Source: Candidatus Kaiserbacteria bacterium
Lineage (GTDB): Bacteria > Patescibacteriota > Minisyncoccia > Phycocordibacterales > Phycocordibacteraceae
NCBI GenBank assembly: GCA_026396715.1
Contig: JAPLWH010000014.1
Span: 8,063-72,062, forward strand
Reading direction: 5' to 3'
Length of the DNA: 64,000 nt
In this document: in pieces, positions 47,467-55,633 of the stretch
Layout: every line of letters begins with the position of its first letter
How positions within the stretch are numbered: position 1 is the stretch's first letter
Notes under the pieces: generated by a model
What the model saw: only the letters and a program-made list of their open reading frames with translations
Databases searched by the model: none
What the model was told of the DNA's origin: nothing
Position numbers and translations under genes: made by a program

Positions 47467-48996
47467 ATGTCACTCAAAATCATATTGATAATGCTTGCGC
47501 TCTCGGGCGTCGGCGGCATCGTGCTCGGCTACGTGCTGCGCGTCCTCATCGGGCTCGCCCAGCGCGGTTCGGTCGAACTCGACATAAAACAGAAGATCCT
47601 GGCCGCCCAGGAACAGGCGACGAAGATCATCGCCGCTGCGGAGTTTCGTGGCGAAGTCATTGAGACCGAGCGTCTGGCACCTGTCGAGGAGCGCGAAGAA
47701 AAAGTGGTCGCACGCGAAGAACGCATTGCGACGCGCGAAGAATTCCTCGATTCCCGCCAACGCGATCTTGATGAGAAGGAAAATGACGTACGTGCCCGTG
47801 AACAAGATGCGGCGCGTGCGAAAGAAGAAACCGAGAAGCTCAAAAACGAGCGCCTGAAAGAGCTTTCAAGGATTTCGAACCTATCTGAAGAGAAAGCTCG
47901 CGGCGAACTTTTTTCTGAGATTGAGCGCGCGTATGAAGAGTCAATCCTGATGCGCCTGCAAAAGCTTGAGGCGCATGGCCGCGAGCGCCTCGAAGACAAG
48001 GCGCGTTCCATCCTCACGAGCACTATTCATCGGCTCGGCAATGCGGTAAATGCGGAGGTCATGTCGCTCTCGGTCACACTCCCCTCGGAAGACATGAAGG
48101 GAAAGATTATCGGTAAAGAAGGGCGCAATATCAAGGCTTTTGAGCGTGCGACGGGTGTCGACGTGATCATCGACGACGCGCCAGATCGTATTACGCTTTC
48201 CTCATTTGATCCTTTGCGCCGCGCCATCGCGAAGATCGCGCTCGAAAAGCTTATTGCCGATGGTCGCATCCAGCCGACGAAGATTGAAGAGGCGGTGGAG
48301 AAGACGCGAGCTGAGGTCGCAGAAATCGTGAAGCAGAAAGGCGAAGCGGCTGCGTACGAAGTGGGCGTCATCGGGCTCGACCCGAAGCTGACTGCCCTTC
48401 TCGGACGTCTCCACTTCCGCACGAGCTATGGGCAGAATGTTCTCACGCACTCCATCGAGATGGCGCATATCGCGGGCATGCTCGCGGTAGAACTCGGTGC
48501 TGATGTCGCGGTGGCCCGCGCAGGCGCGCTTCTGCACGACATCGGCAAAGCGGTTGATCATGAGGTGCAGGGCACGCATGTCGAGATTGGTCGTCGTATT
48601 CTCGAGAAGTTCGGCGCCGACAAGCGGATTGTTCAGGCGATGCAGTCGCATCACGAGGAGTATCCGTATGAAACGCCCGAGTCAGTCATCGTGCAGGTGG
48701 CCGACGCCATCTCTGGCGGCCGCCCGGGAGCGCGGCGTGACACGGTCGATCGCTATCTCGAACGTCTCGGCGACTTGGAGCGCCTGGCAGCCACGTTTGA
48801 AGGCGTGGAGAAGGTCTACGCAATTGCTGCCGGCCGTGAGATACGCGTCTTCGTGAACCCGGGAAAGATTTCCGACATCGCGATGCACACGCTCGCGCGC
48901 GACATCGCGAAACGTATACAGGATGAATTGAAATATCCGGGCGAAATCAAGGTCAACATCATCCGCGAAAACCGCGTCGTCGAATTTGCGCGATAA
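47467..48996 (+). CDS. rny: ribonuclease Y
   Basis: N-terminal TM helix, coiled coil, KH domain (GKIIGKEGRNIKAFE), HD domain (HSIEMAHIAGMLA...LLHDIGK). Confidence 0.9.
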   Translation: MSLKIILIMLALSGVGGIVLGYVLRVLIGLAQRGSVELDIKQKILAAQEQATKIIAAAEFRGEVIETERLAPVEEREEKVVAREERIATREEFLDSRQRDLDEKENDVRAREQDAARAKEETEKLKNERLKELSRISNLSEEKARGELFSEIERAYEESILMRLQKLEAHGRERLEDKARSILTSTIHRLGNAVNAEVMSLSVTLPSEDMKGKIIGKEGRNIKAFERATGVDVIIDDAPDRITLSSFDPLRRAIAKIALEKLIADGRIQPTKIEEAVEKTRAEVAEIVKQKGEAAAYEVGVIGLDPKLTALLGRLHFRTSYGQNVLTHSIEMAHIAGMLAVELGADVAVARAGALLHDIGKAVDHEVQGTHVEIGRRILEKFGADKRIVQAMQSHHEEYPYETPESVIVQVADAISGGRPGARRDTVDRYLERLGDLERLAATFEGVEKVYAIAAGREIRVFVNPGKISDIAMHTLARDIAKRIQDELKYPGEIKVNIIRENRVVEFAR

Positions 48997-49104
48997 AAAT
49001 CGCGCTTGCCACCGTAAGTGAAGCTTTCTCGTCATACTCGCGAGGAAATACCTAAGTCCGATTGAGGATGTTATTATTGTTGCATTATTCGCCTTTGATA
49101 ATTT

Positions 49105-49359
49105 ATGCAAAAGTATAGTACTTACGCAGAAGTCCCGTGGTATCGGAAAAGTTCCACAAACTCTCTGTTTATTTTAATAAGCATATTTTTCCCACCCCTC
49201 ATCGGGCTTGTGTGTATTCTGCTGATAACAGGAAAAATTTATTTCAACAAACTTGATGTTCAAGGCAACCTAAAAACATGGTCTGTAGCAAATAAGGTTG
49301 TCGCTTTTGTATTTCTTTTTGTACAGCTTACTTTCCTTGCTTTCAGATATTTATTCTAA
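49105..49359 (+). CDS. small two-TM membrane protein in an AT-rich segment
   Basis: 84 aa, hydrophobic. Local GC is about 35% against about 57% in the surroundings. A long hairpin follows at 49373-49413. Confidence 0.4.
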   Translation: MQKYSTYAEVPWYRKSSTNSLFILISIFFPPLIGLVCILLITGKIYFNKLDVQGNLKTWSVANKVVAFVFLFVQLTFLAFRYLF

Positions 49360-49430
49360 TCCCAACTTACCTCAACGCGGGAACACCGAGGTCTGACTTC
49401 GGCGTTCCCGCGTTCGTTTGGTAGTAATAA

Positions 49431-49462
49431 AAAACCACCAAAGAATCTTTGGTGGTGCGGTC
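49431..49462 (-). terminator. Rho-independent terminator of the sigma-r4-like gene
   Basis: ccaccaaag-aatc-tttggtgg stem followed by a T-run on the minus strand. Confidence 0.6.
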
Positions 49463-49499
49463 GAAGGGCAATCCGCGAAGCCCTGTGGCGCATGCGATG

Positions 49500-49802
49500 T
49501 CACGGTCGTTTTTCGAAATACGGCAGGAGCTGCCTCTTTCCGCCGAACTTCGCCAAATGAGACATACCCATCCTTAGGCTTCTGTGCACCGCGTTAGGAG
49601 TAACTTCCCATTCTTCTGCAAGCTCGCGTGGAGTCTTTCCGTCTAAGTATACTCCGATAAAGGCGGCTTTCTGCGCGCGCGGCATTTCCTCAAAAAGCAC
49701 CCTCAGAAGCTTTCGGAGCTCCATCTGTTCCAGCTTCTCGTCTGGCAGCATGGCGTTGTCGATCGCTTCGTTTCTGGTCGAAGCCAATAACGACTTCTTC
49801 AT
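49500..49802 (-). CDS. stand-alone sigma-70 region 4-like HTH protein (100 aa)
   Basis: MPRAQKAAFIGVYLDGKTPRELAEEWEVTPNAVHRSLRMGMSHL fits the sigma70_r4_2 pattern. SD AGGAAGGGG upstream. Confidence 0.55.
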   Translation of the reverse strand: MKKSLLASTRNEAIDNAMLPDEKLEQMELRKLLRVLFEEMPRAQKAAFIGVYLDGKTPRELAEEWEVTPNAVHRSLRMGMSHLAKFGGKRQLLPYFEKRP

Positions 49803-49827
49803 GGGATTCCCCTTCCTGTCTTGTTTG

Positions 49828-49920
49828 ATTGAAAGAACAATTGGGATAGAAACTATCCCACCAAAACTTTCAAACGAGTTGAAGACTTTGGTAGGAGCCG
49901 AAGCAGGGTGCTTCGGCTTC
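49828..49920. repeat. family 1A structured repeat, copy 1 (three hairpins + TGTTCTTTCAAT tail on the minus strand)
   Basis: About 90% identical to copies at 51108-51203 and 53316-53405 and to a partial copy at 51985-52042. Hairpin loops vary while stems are conserved. Confidence 0.8.
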
Positions 49921-49929
49921 GAAGTATTT

Positions 49930-50172
49930 TCATGGTTCTTTCGCCTCCTCTTTTTGCTGTTCTCTTGCGATTACAGCGGATATGGATTTATGTCGGAAGT
50001 ATTCGCGAATGCCAAATTCCAACGCACATGGCTGGCAGATCATGGCGGGTTGGTTATTCGCGAACTGGCCGGTTTTTTTCATCCTGTCAGCAATTTCTTT
50101 TTGTCCGCAGGCCCAGCACTCGTGAAGTTCCGGGGCACCCACTGCTGCATCGACACTGGTGTTGCTGCTCAT
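49930..50172 (-). CDS. small Zn-ribbon protein
   Basis: CWAC...CQPC (two CxxC pairs). SD GGAGGTG 7 nt upstream of the ATG. Confidence 0.5.
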   Translation of the reverse strand: MSSNTSVDAAVGAPELHECWACGQKEIADRMKKTGQFANNQPAMICQPCALEFGIREYFRHKSISAVIAREQQKEEAKEP

Positions 50173-50187
50173 GAGAGACACCTCCAA

Positions 50188-50604
50188 TCAAAAGATTTTC
50201 CCGATTCTCACTGGATTCTTACTCGCCGCCACTACTATTTCCCCGCTCATTCGCTCCAGAGCCATGTCGATCCCAAGTATTCTTGAGACCTCTTCCTTTT
50301 GTGTCCTGTAACAACAACAAGAACAAGAAAGAAGTATCGGACGTGTCCCGAGATGAAAGAGGCCTTCAACTAATGGGCGAATTGTACGCGCGAACGCTTT
50401 TGGTTCAACTAGTGAATACCTGCTTATTTCCCAGTCGTCACGGCCAGTAAATAGGAAGGCAAAAACGAAGGAATTGCGCTCGATTCTCCATTCCTGGGTA
50501 AGTAGTGTCGCTGCCTTGAATTTAGAGAGATTGAGAAATTTTTCTCGAGCAATTTGCACAGCATACTTTGGGTATCTGTTTTTTTCTGGTATCCTCGGAT
50601 ACAT
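50188..50604 (-). CDS. hypothetical Cys-rich protein (138 aa)
   Basis: Contains SCSCCCY. SD GGAGGAATT. Preceded by hairpin + tgttctttcaa module 1D at 50624-50660. Confidence 0.45.
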   Translation of the reverse strand: MYPRIPEKNRYPKYAVQIAREKFLNLSKFKAATLLTQEWRIERNSFVFAFLFTGRDDWEISRYSLVEPKAFARTIRPLVEGLFHLGTRPILLSCSCCCYRTQKEEVSRILGIDMALERMSGEIVVAASKNPVRIGKIF

Positions 50605-50825
50605 AATTCCTCCGTATATTTTTTGTTGAAAGAACATTCGAGCGACTAATTTCGCTCTTCTGAAAAACCATAACGGCTATAGTTTCTTAGAAGAACGGAG
50701 GAGGTGCATAGAGATTAAATCTCGTACACCTCCCCCTTGAAGGTGGAGTTCTAGAAGAATCGGATGATAGCAATCCTTCTCTCCTTGGCGTTTTTGACTG
50801 GACTGCTTTAGGCTTCCTTCAAAGC

Positions 50826-51089
50826 CTAGCGGAGCTTGTCAGATTCCGCTACCAGTAAGTCGTTGGCATCGGGGAAAACCATTCCATTCTCGATTCTGTA
50901 CATCTTACCGGGGTTTCTATATCTGAGTACCTCTTCCTTATTGGCGATGAACGCTGGCACAGATTTGAACCGGACGCACATCTTTTCTACGAACTCCGTA
51001 AGTGGCACAGGGCTGTCGTTTTTGAAAATGATTTTAGCAATGTAATGCTGAACACCACTATCATCTAGATTCGTGACAAGATACTGCAT
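50826..51089 (-). CDS. hypothetical protein (88 aa)
   Basis: Start MQYLVTNLDD with SD GGAGGTG. Track ORF 50826-51266 is over-extended through the repeat. Confidence 0.45.
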   Translation of the reverse strand: MQYLVTNLDDSGVQHYIAKIIFKNDSPVPLTEFVEKMCVRFKSVPAFIANKEEVLRYRNPGKMYRIENGMVFPDANDLLVAESDKLR

Positions 51090-51107
51090 GGAGCACCTCC
51101 TTATTTC

Positions 51108-51203
51108 GATTGAAAGAACATTTGGGATAGAAACTATCCCACCAAAACTTTCAAACGAGTTGAAAACTTTGGTGGGAGCCGAAGCGGTGTTTTGCTTCGG
51201 CTG
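51108..51203. repeat. family 1A structured repeat, copy 2
   Basis: See copy 1. Confidence 0.8.
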
Positions 51204-51216
51204 GATAAGGTAGGCG

Positions 51217-51549
51217 CTACCACACGGTAGCGAGCGGGAAGAATGCCGCCGGGCGTGGCACCGCACCCCTCCTCTCGGTCAGAATCCCCGCGAGAAAAGC
51301 TTTGGCGATCGCCTCGGCAATGCTGCCTCGGATATCAGCCTCGGCGACCCACGTGATATCAGGAAACTTTCCGATAATCATCACGTTTCTCACTTGCTCG
51401 GGAAAAATTCCGAGAGTCGAGAACATATCCCGAATTGTCTGTCCCGGGAGGACCACAATTGGATCATTGTCTTTCTCGAGTTCGACGACAACGACACTTG
51501 CAGTTCCATCAACTCCGTCCAGAAATTCGTTCAATTCCTTTTCTCTCAT
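51217..51549 (-). CDS. hypothetical protein (110 aa)
   Basis: Start MREKELNEF with SD AAGGTG. Preceded by family 1B leader copy 1. Confidence 0.45.
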   Translation of the reverse strand: MREKELNEFLDGVDGTASVVVVELEKDNDPIVVLPGQTIRDMFSTLGIFPEQVRNVMIIGKFPDITWVAEADIRGSIAEAIAKAFLAGILTERRGAVPRPAAFFPLATVW

Positions 51550-51568
51550 GGCGCACCTTCTTTCTTTA

Positions 51569-51738
51569 GTTAAAAGAACATAAGCGGCACAATTACCGCT
51601 TTCTTGAAGAAATCATTGCTGACGTCCTCGAGAAAACGGCGGAGCGGGAATGTCTATATGACACCCATTGCTCCGCCATCCCGCGCCTCATCGACATGGG
51701 CGTCGAGCTCCCCGGAACTTCCTCGGGGTATTACGCCT
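51569..51738. repeat. family 1B repeat, copy 1 (about 170 nt)
   Basis: About 90% identical to 52927-53127 over the shared part. Contains the aagcgg-N8-ccgctt hairpin plus the TGTTCTTTCAA tail on the minus strand. Confidence 0.75.
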
Positions 51739-51984
51739 ATTTTTACGACCTAGGATGGTCGGACGATTCACGGCAAGAACTTTTTTCGTAGATAGCGCCA
51801 TGCTGGCGCTATCTACGCGCTGGAGAAACGCCTGCACTGAATATCAGTGCGCTATTGTCTTGCGATCGACAATACTTTCTATCAAGTGATCCGTGTAGAA
51901 AAGATCTTCCGTCAGGAAATCTTTTCTTTCACAGCCCATTTTTGACAGTCTCATAAATTTAATTATGTGACGGCGTATCTCCCG

Positions 51985-52042
51985 CCAAAACTTTCAAACG
52001 AGTTGAAAACTTTGGTAGGAGCCGAAGCAGGATGCTTCGGCT
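51985..52042. repeat. family 1A repeat, partial copy 3 (hairpins 1-2 only)
   Basis: Identical distal half. Proximal hairpin 3 and the tail are missing. Confidence 0.7.
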
Positions 52043-52056
52043 TAGGGGTAGGTAGA

Positions 52057-52572
52057 TTATGAAGACATGAGGCGACTTAAAAGTCGTCCCCAGTCTTTCG
52101 CTTGCGCCACCGTGGGGTCCCCTTCTTCGAAAGGAGCATGGGCGATCACGAGGCGGGTTTCGTCAATCCGGAAGACTGGCTGACTCCCATCCTCGTGCCA
52201 ATAGGCAGGACAGATGAGATCCAGCGCGGCGGTCAGTGGGCCGGAGTGATGATTAGCATCGGTAATGATACCGACGTATTTCACTCCGCACTGCACCGCC
52301 CGAAGCGCAAGGATGAATCCATACGGGACTTCTCCCTCGCCCACTTGAGAACATGATGCGGTTTTTTCTGCCGGCATGTTGAGATCCAGCAGGGCCGCAT
52401 CGAACGGGACTGATGCGAGATTTTGATATTCACGCGCCGCCCCCTCGTTCCCAAGCAGGAGTTCCGAAGCGATAACGAACGACTTCACGATTGTGACGTC
52501 GTGTTGCTCCGTCAATTGTTTCTTGGCCGCCTCACGATGTTTTTTGTTATCCTCAACGACGAGAATTCTCAC
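52057..52572 (-). CDS. stand-alone response-regulator receiver (REC) domain protein with C-terminal extension
   Basis: MRILVVEDN..., phospho-acceptor context ALLDLNMP, CheY-like spacing. About 60-aa extension. Confidence 0.6.
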   Translation of the reverse strand: MRILVVEDNKKHREAAKKQLTEQHDVTIVKSFVIASELLLGNEGAAREYQNLASVPFDAALLDLNMPAEKTASCSQVGEGEVPYGFILALRAVQCGVKYVGIITDANHHSGPLTAALDLICPAYWHEDGSQPVFRIDETRLVIAHAPFEEGDPTVAQAKDWGRLLSRLMSS

Positions 52573-52907
52573 TTTACCTCTCCTTTATTGACTTGTAGGT
52601 TAAGTGCACTTGCAAACTCCCCAATGAGGAAAGGGAGTCGCAAGTAATTTTGCACATTCGTGGGCTGTCTTGAGAACCCGAAGCCAAAAACTTTCGTGTT
52701 CAGCTCAAGGCTCTCCAGTTTCTCGATGGTCCGTGCGCCGTCCTTAATATCGCAGTTAACCAGAACAAAATCAGGCTTTTCCTGACTCACTTTGGCGACT
52801 GCTTCATATGGCCGCACAGAACTTACCGAAAGGCCACACTGATTGGCAATCATAGAGAAGGGCTTCTCCATGGCACGATTTTCTTCCGTCACAATCATCA
52901 GATTCAT
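52569..52907 (-). CDS. stand-alone receiver (REC)-like domain protein
   Basis: MNLMIVTEEN..., PDFVLVNCDIKDG (acidic pocket). SD GGAGG 8 nt upstream. Confidence 0.5.
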   Translation of the reverse strand: MNLMIVTEENRAMEKPFSMIANQCGLSVSSVRPYEAVAKVSQEKPDFVLVNCDIKDGARTIEKLESLELNTKVFGFGFSRQPTNVQNYLRLPFLIGEFASALNLQVNKGEVK

Positions 52908-52926
52908 TACCATTACCTCCTATTTT

Positions 52927-53127
52927 GATTGAAAGAACATAAGCGGCACAATTACCGCTTTCTTGAAGAAATCATTTCTGACGTCCTCGAGAAAACGGCG
53001 GAGCGGGACTGTCTGTATGACACCCATTGCTCCGTCATCGCGCGCATCCTTCAAGGGATGCCCACACGATCCAGACATGACAGCTTGCTGGTTGAGCCCT
53101 CCGGAACTTCCCCGGAGTATTACGCCT
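52927..53127. repeat. family 1B repeat, copy 2 (about 200 nt)
   Basis: See copy 1. Carries a 45-nt insertion relative to copy 1. Confidence 0.75.
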
Positions 53128-53299
53128 CACTTAACCACTGAGGATAGCGGCTACTATAATTGCCGCAGTCTGGACAGGTACCATCCGTCCGCTCCTCCTT
53201 TGGTACCCAATTGTCCTCGTGGCTGCCGCATTTCTGGCAGTACGGACAATCCACAATTTCAATGTCGCCGTCCTTGTGGGTAATAAATAGTATTGGCAT
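53120..53299 (-). CDS. candidate 59-aa Zn-ribbon protein (MPILFITHKDGDIEIVDCPYCQKCGSHEDNWVPKEERTDGTCPDCGNY...)
   Basis: Two CxxC pairs. SD GGAGGG 6-7 nt upstream. Preceded by family 1A copy 4. Not in the ORF track because it is under 60 aa. Frame derived by hand. Confidence 0.4.
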   Translation of the reverse strand: MPILFITHKDGDIEIVDCPYCQKCGSHEDNWVPKEERTDGTCPDCGNYSSRYPQWLSEA

Positions 53300-53315
53300 A
53301 AACCCTCCTTAATGG

Positions 53316-53405
53316 TTTGAAAGAACAAGTGGGATAGAATCTATCCCACCAAAACTTTCAAACGAGTTGAAAACTTTGGTAGGAGCCGAAGCAGGATGCT
53401 TCGGC
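53316..53405. repeat. family 1A structured repeat, copy 4
   Basis: See copy 1. The hairpin 3 loop differs (aat vs aaa). Confidence 0.8.
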
Positions 53406-53426
53406 TATGTAATTAAGGTAGGAATA

Positions 53427-53912
53427 TCAGATGCGGTATTGTTGCGAAAGCTCTCGACGGAAAAGTTCTTTTTCCGTGAGCTCGCGGCCGAACATGTTTT
53501 TTGTGGTGCATGTACAGTCCGGCTTGAGTTCGTTGGCGGGACGCTTAAACTTTTTAAGCGCGAATTCAAGCATTGCGGTTTTCTCCGCGCCGTTGATCCT
53601 CATCAGGTCGTCAATCAAATCGAACCATCCACACAAAAAACATGGTTCGTGAAGATGTTCATCCCTGACAGTCAATATTGTCTTTGATCGCTCGGTATAG
53701 TTGCTGTTCTCGTTCTCGTTCACGGTAGAAACTACCAAAAACAGCGAGCCAGCATAACGCATGCCATCAGGGAAGATTCCGGAATCGTGGGCGAATACCC
53801 ACCGATTTGCGTACCCTCCACCATCGCCTCTCTCATACCAAAAGAGTGGGCGTTTTTCAATTTGGCCTTTCAGATACTCAAGCCGCTCCAATGTCTGATT
53901 CTTATCCATCAC
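53427..53912 (-). CDS. hypothetical protein (161 aa)
   Basis: SD GGAGGAGG upstream of a GTG/ATG start. No recognisable domain. Preceded by module 1C at 53935-53985. Confidence 0.45.
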   Translation of the reverse strand: MMDKNQTLERLEYLKGQIEKRPLFWYERGDGGGYANRWVFAHDSGIFPDGMRYAGSLFLVVSTVNENENSNYTERSKTILTVRDEHLHEPCFLCGWFDLIDDLMRINGAEKTAMLEFALKKFKRPANELKPDCTCTTKNMFGRELTEKELFRRELSQQYRI

Positions 53913-54232
53913 GTACCTCCTCCTTGTTGGTTTCGATTAATGAAAGAACTTAGGATTGCTTTCACAATCCCTATGCCAAGCGGAAATGGTTGAGGGGTAC
54001 GGCATTATATGCGCCGAATTGTCCCGCTCCAGAGCCACTTCGCGCTCAGCTAGGAATAACGAACTTAACTATTCAAATGTCAGTGATCACAGTTAGGACG
54101 TTCTCCAAACTGATATCGATACAATACCACCGACGGCATTGACAGTACAAAATATTCTTGTCTTTAGAGTATTTATGACAAATAAGGCATATAAAATATG
54201 GATTTTCTTATGTTTATTTATGTCTAAAAAAC

Positions 54233-54262
54233 TTGACAGAAAAGCTGCTTTTGCTACTCTCT
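54233..54262 (+). promoter_or_regulatory. sigma70-like promoter (TTGACA-16 nt-TACTCT) giving a near-leaderless transcript for the TrmB-like gene
   Basis: Consensus -35 and a -10-like element 5-7 nt before the ATG, in an AT-rich intergenic region. Confidence 0.45.
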
Positions 54263-54266
54263 CAGT

Positions 54267-55079
54267 ATGAATACATCAGAAAAGCCTGCGCTGCTTGGGC
54301 TCTCAAAAAAGGAAGAAAAAGTGCTCTCGTCTCTTCAGGACGGCGTCGATACTCCCCTTTCGCTGGCGCGCGCAACCGGCGTGTCGCGTACGGCTATATA
54401 CGCAATACTCGGGAATCTTAAAAAACGCGGTTTGGCGCATACGCGTATCGTCGGCGGGAAGAAGTACTGGAGTCTTGCTCCCGAACGCGAAATCGAGGAA
54501 GTAGTATATGAGGCAAAGCGCGCACTTCTTAAGATTCCGGAGGGGCGCGAAGAAGTGTATGGTCTTTCCGATTCAACCGTTATTATCCACCGCGGGCAGG
54601 ATTCAATACGAAAAGTATTTGGCGAATTGCTCTTCGTGCATAAGAACGAGCGGTTCTACGGCCTTGTAGGCGATAGTGCAGCAGCTAATTGGAACAAAAT
54701 GTTTAGCCTTCAAGAGACAAATCGCTTCAATCGCGCCCTCAAGAGAAATAACATAATCGCTGAGACGATTACTCAAGATGGATTGCTCGAACGACAGGCG
54801 AGGGAGCTGGGAGTCTCGTGGGCTAAAGATTTTGAAGGGCGGACGACGAGGGTAAATGTGATTGATGGCGAGTATTTTGCTCATGGCGCACAGATATTTA
54901 TCTTCAAGCAGTCCATATATCTGATGGCTCTCGGAGAAGATCTGGTCATCGAGATTCGCAACTCGGAAATTCAGAAGATGCTACTTACCTTTTTCAAGTT
55001 TATGCAGGACAATTCGCGCGTGATTGATGCGAACGCACTTTTGCGATCGATTATTGCCGAAATTGAGGACAAAAAATAA
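54267..55079 (+). CDS. TrmB-like winged-helix transcriptional regulator
   Basis: N-terminal wHTH (LSKKEEKVLSSLQDGVDTPLSLARATGVSRTAIYAILGNLKKRGL) typical of TrmB/MarR-like regulators. C-terminal domain unknown. Confidence 0.5.
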   Translation: MNTSEKPALLGLSKKEEKVLSSLQDGVDTPLSLARATGVSRTAIYAILGNLKKRGLAHTRIVGGKKYWSLAPEREIEEVVYEAKRALLKIPEGREEVYGLSDSTVIIHRGQDSIRKVFGELLFVHKNERFYGLVGDSAAANWNKMFSLQETNRFNRALKRNNIIAETITQDGLLERQARELGVSWAKDFEGRTTRVNVIDGEYFAHGAQIFIFKQSIYLMALGEDLVIEIRNSEIQKMLLTFFKFMQDNSRVIDANALLRSIIAEIEDKK

Positions 55080-55217
55080 GTTTGCGCGGTAGAAGTAGTG
55101 ATTTCGCATTGTCCCCGCGGGTCTGTAAAGCCCTATTGCGCAATACGGCGCATTTCCTATACTTTCTTCATACCCACCCCCGAGACAGGTCGTGGGATTA
55201 GCAGCTAGCAGATATTC

Positions 55218-55490
55218 ATGAACAAAGCAGACATAGTCGACAAGGTACACGGCGTTCTCGGATCGACGAAAGCCGATGCTGAGCGCGCTGTCGAAACCGT
55301 TATCGATTCGATTGTTTCCAGTCTTAAGTCGGGGGATGAAGTGTCGATCGCAGGCCTCGGTATTTTCGCGACGAAGGCTCGCCCCGCGCGCCAGGGCAGG
55401 AATCCCCGCACCGGCGAGACGATTCATATCGCAGCAAGCCGCACCGCGAAGTTCCGCGCCGCAAAGGCGTTGAAGGACGCAGTGAAATAA
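55218..55490 (+). CDS. hupA: DNA-binding protein HU
   Basis: MNKADIVDKV... and GFGTF-like arm region (GLGIFATKARPARQGRNPRTGE). Confidence 0.9.
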   Translation: MNKADIVDKVHGVLGSTKADAERAVETVIDSIVSSLKSGDEVSIAGLGIFATKARPARQGRNPRTGETIHIAASRTAKFRAAKALKDAVK

Positions 55491-55498
55491 CTCTTCCG

Positions 55499-55546
55499 TA
55501 AACAAAAACAACGCGGCGCCTTTGGCGCCGCGTTGTTTTTGTTTCA
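55499..55546. terminator. bidirectional Rho-independent terminator
   Basis: aaacaaaaacaacgcggcgcc-tttg-gcgccgcgttgtttttgttt. Confidence 0.75.
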
Positions 55547-55561
55547 AAGCCCTGTCATTTG

Positions 55562-55633
55562 TGCGGGCGGCGGGAGTCGAACCCGCGCTGATTGCTTGGA
55601 AGGCAACCGTCATAGCCGTTAGACCACGCCCGC
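55562..55633 (-). tRNA. tRNA-Gly (anticodon UCC)
   Basis: GCGGGCG acceptor, anticodon loop CUUCCAA, T-loop TTCGACT. Confidence 0.85.

Noticed and set aside
49750-50286. 178-aa plus-strand ORF, and likewise 53367-53687, sharing the peptide KTLVGAEAGCFG
   Set aside because: The shared peptide is just the translation of the family 1A repeat. The reading frames run antisense through real minus-strand genes.
52929-53141. 70-aa ORF whose peptide appears conserved between the two 1B repeat copies
   Set aside because: It has no ATG (TTG/TTA at the corresponding position). Protein similarity does not exceed nucleotide identity, and the element sits in an untranslated leader position. It is treated as non-coding.
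53870-53913. Apparent 1-nt frame inconsistency between my hand reading of the printed sequence and the ORF-track protein at the N-terminus of ORF 53427-53912
   Set aside because: Most likely my own counting error on the printed blocks. The ORF track is internally consistent, so no frameshift is claimed.
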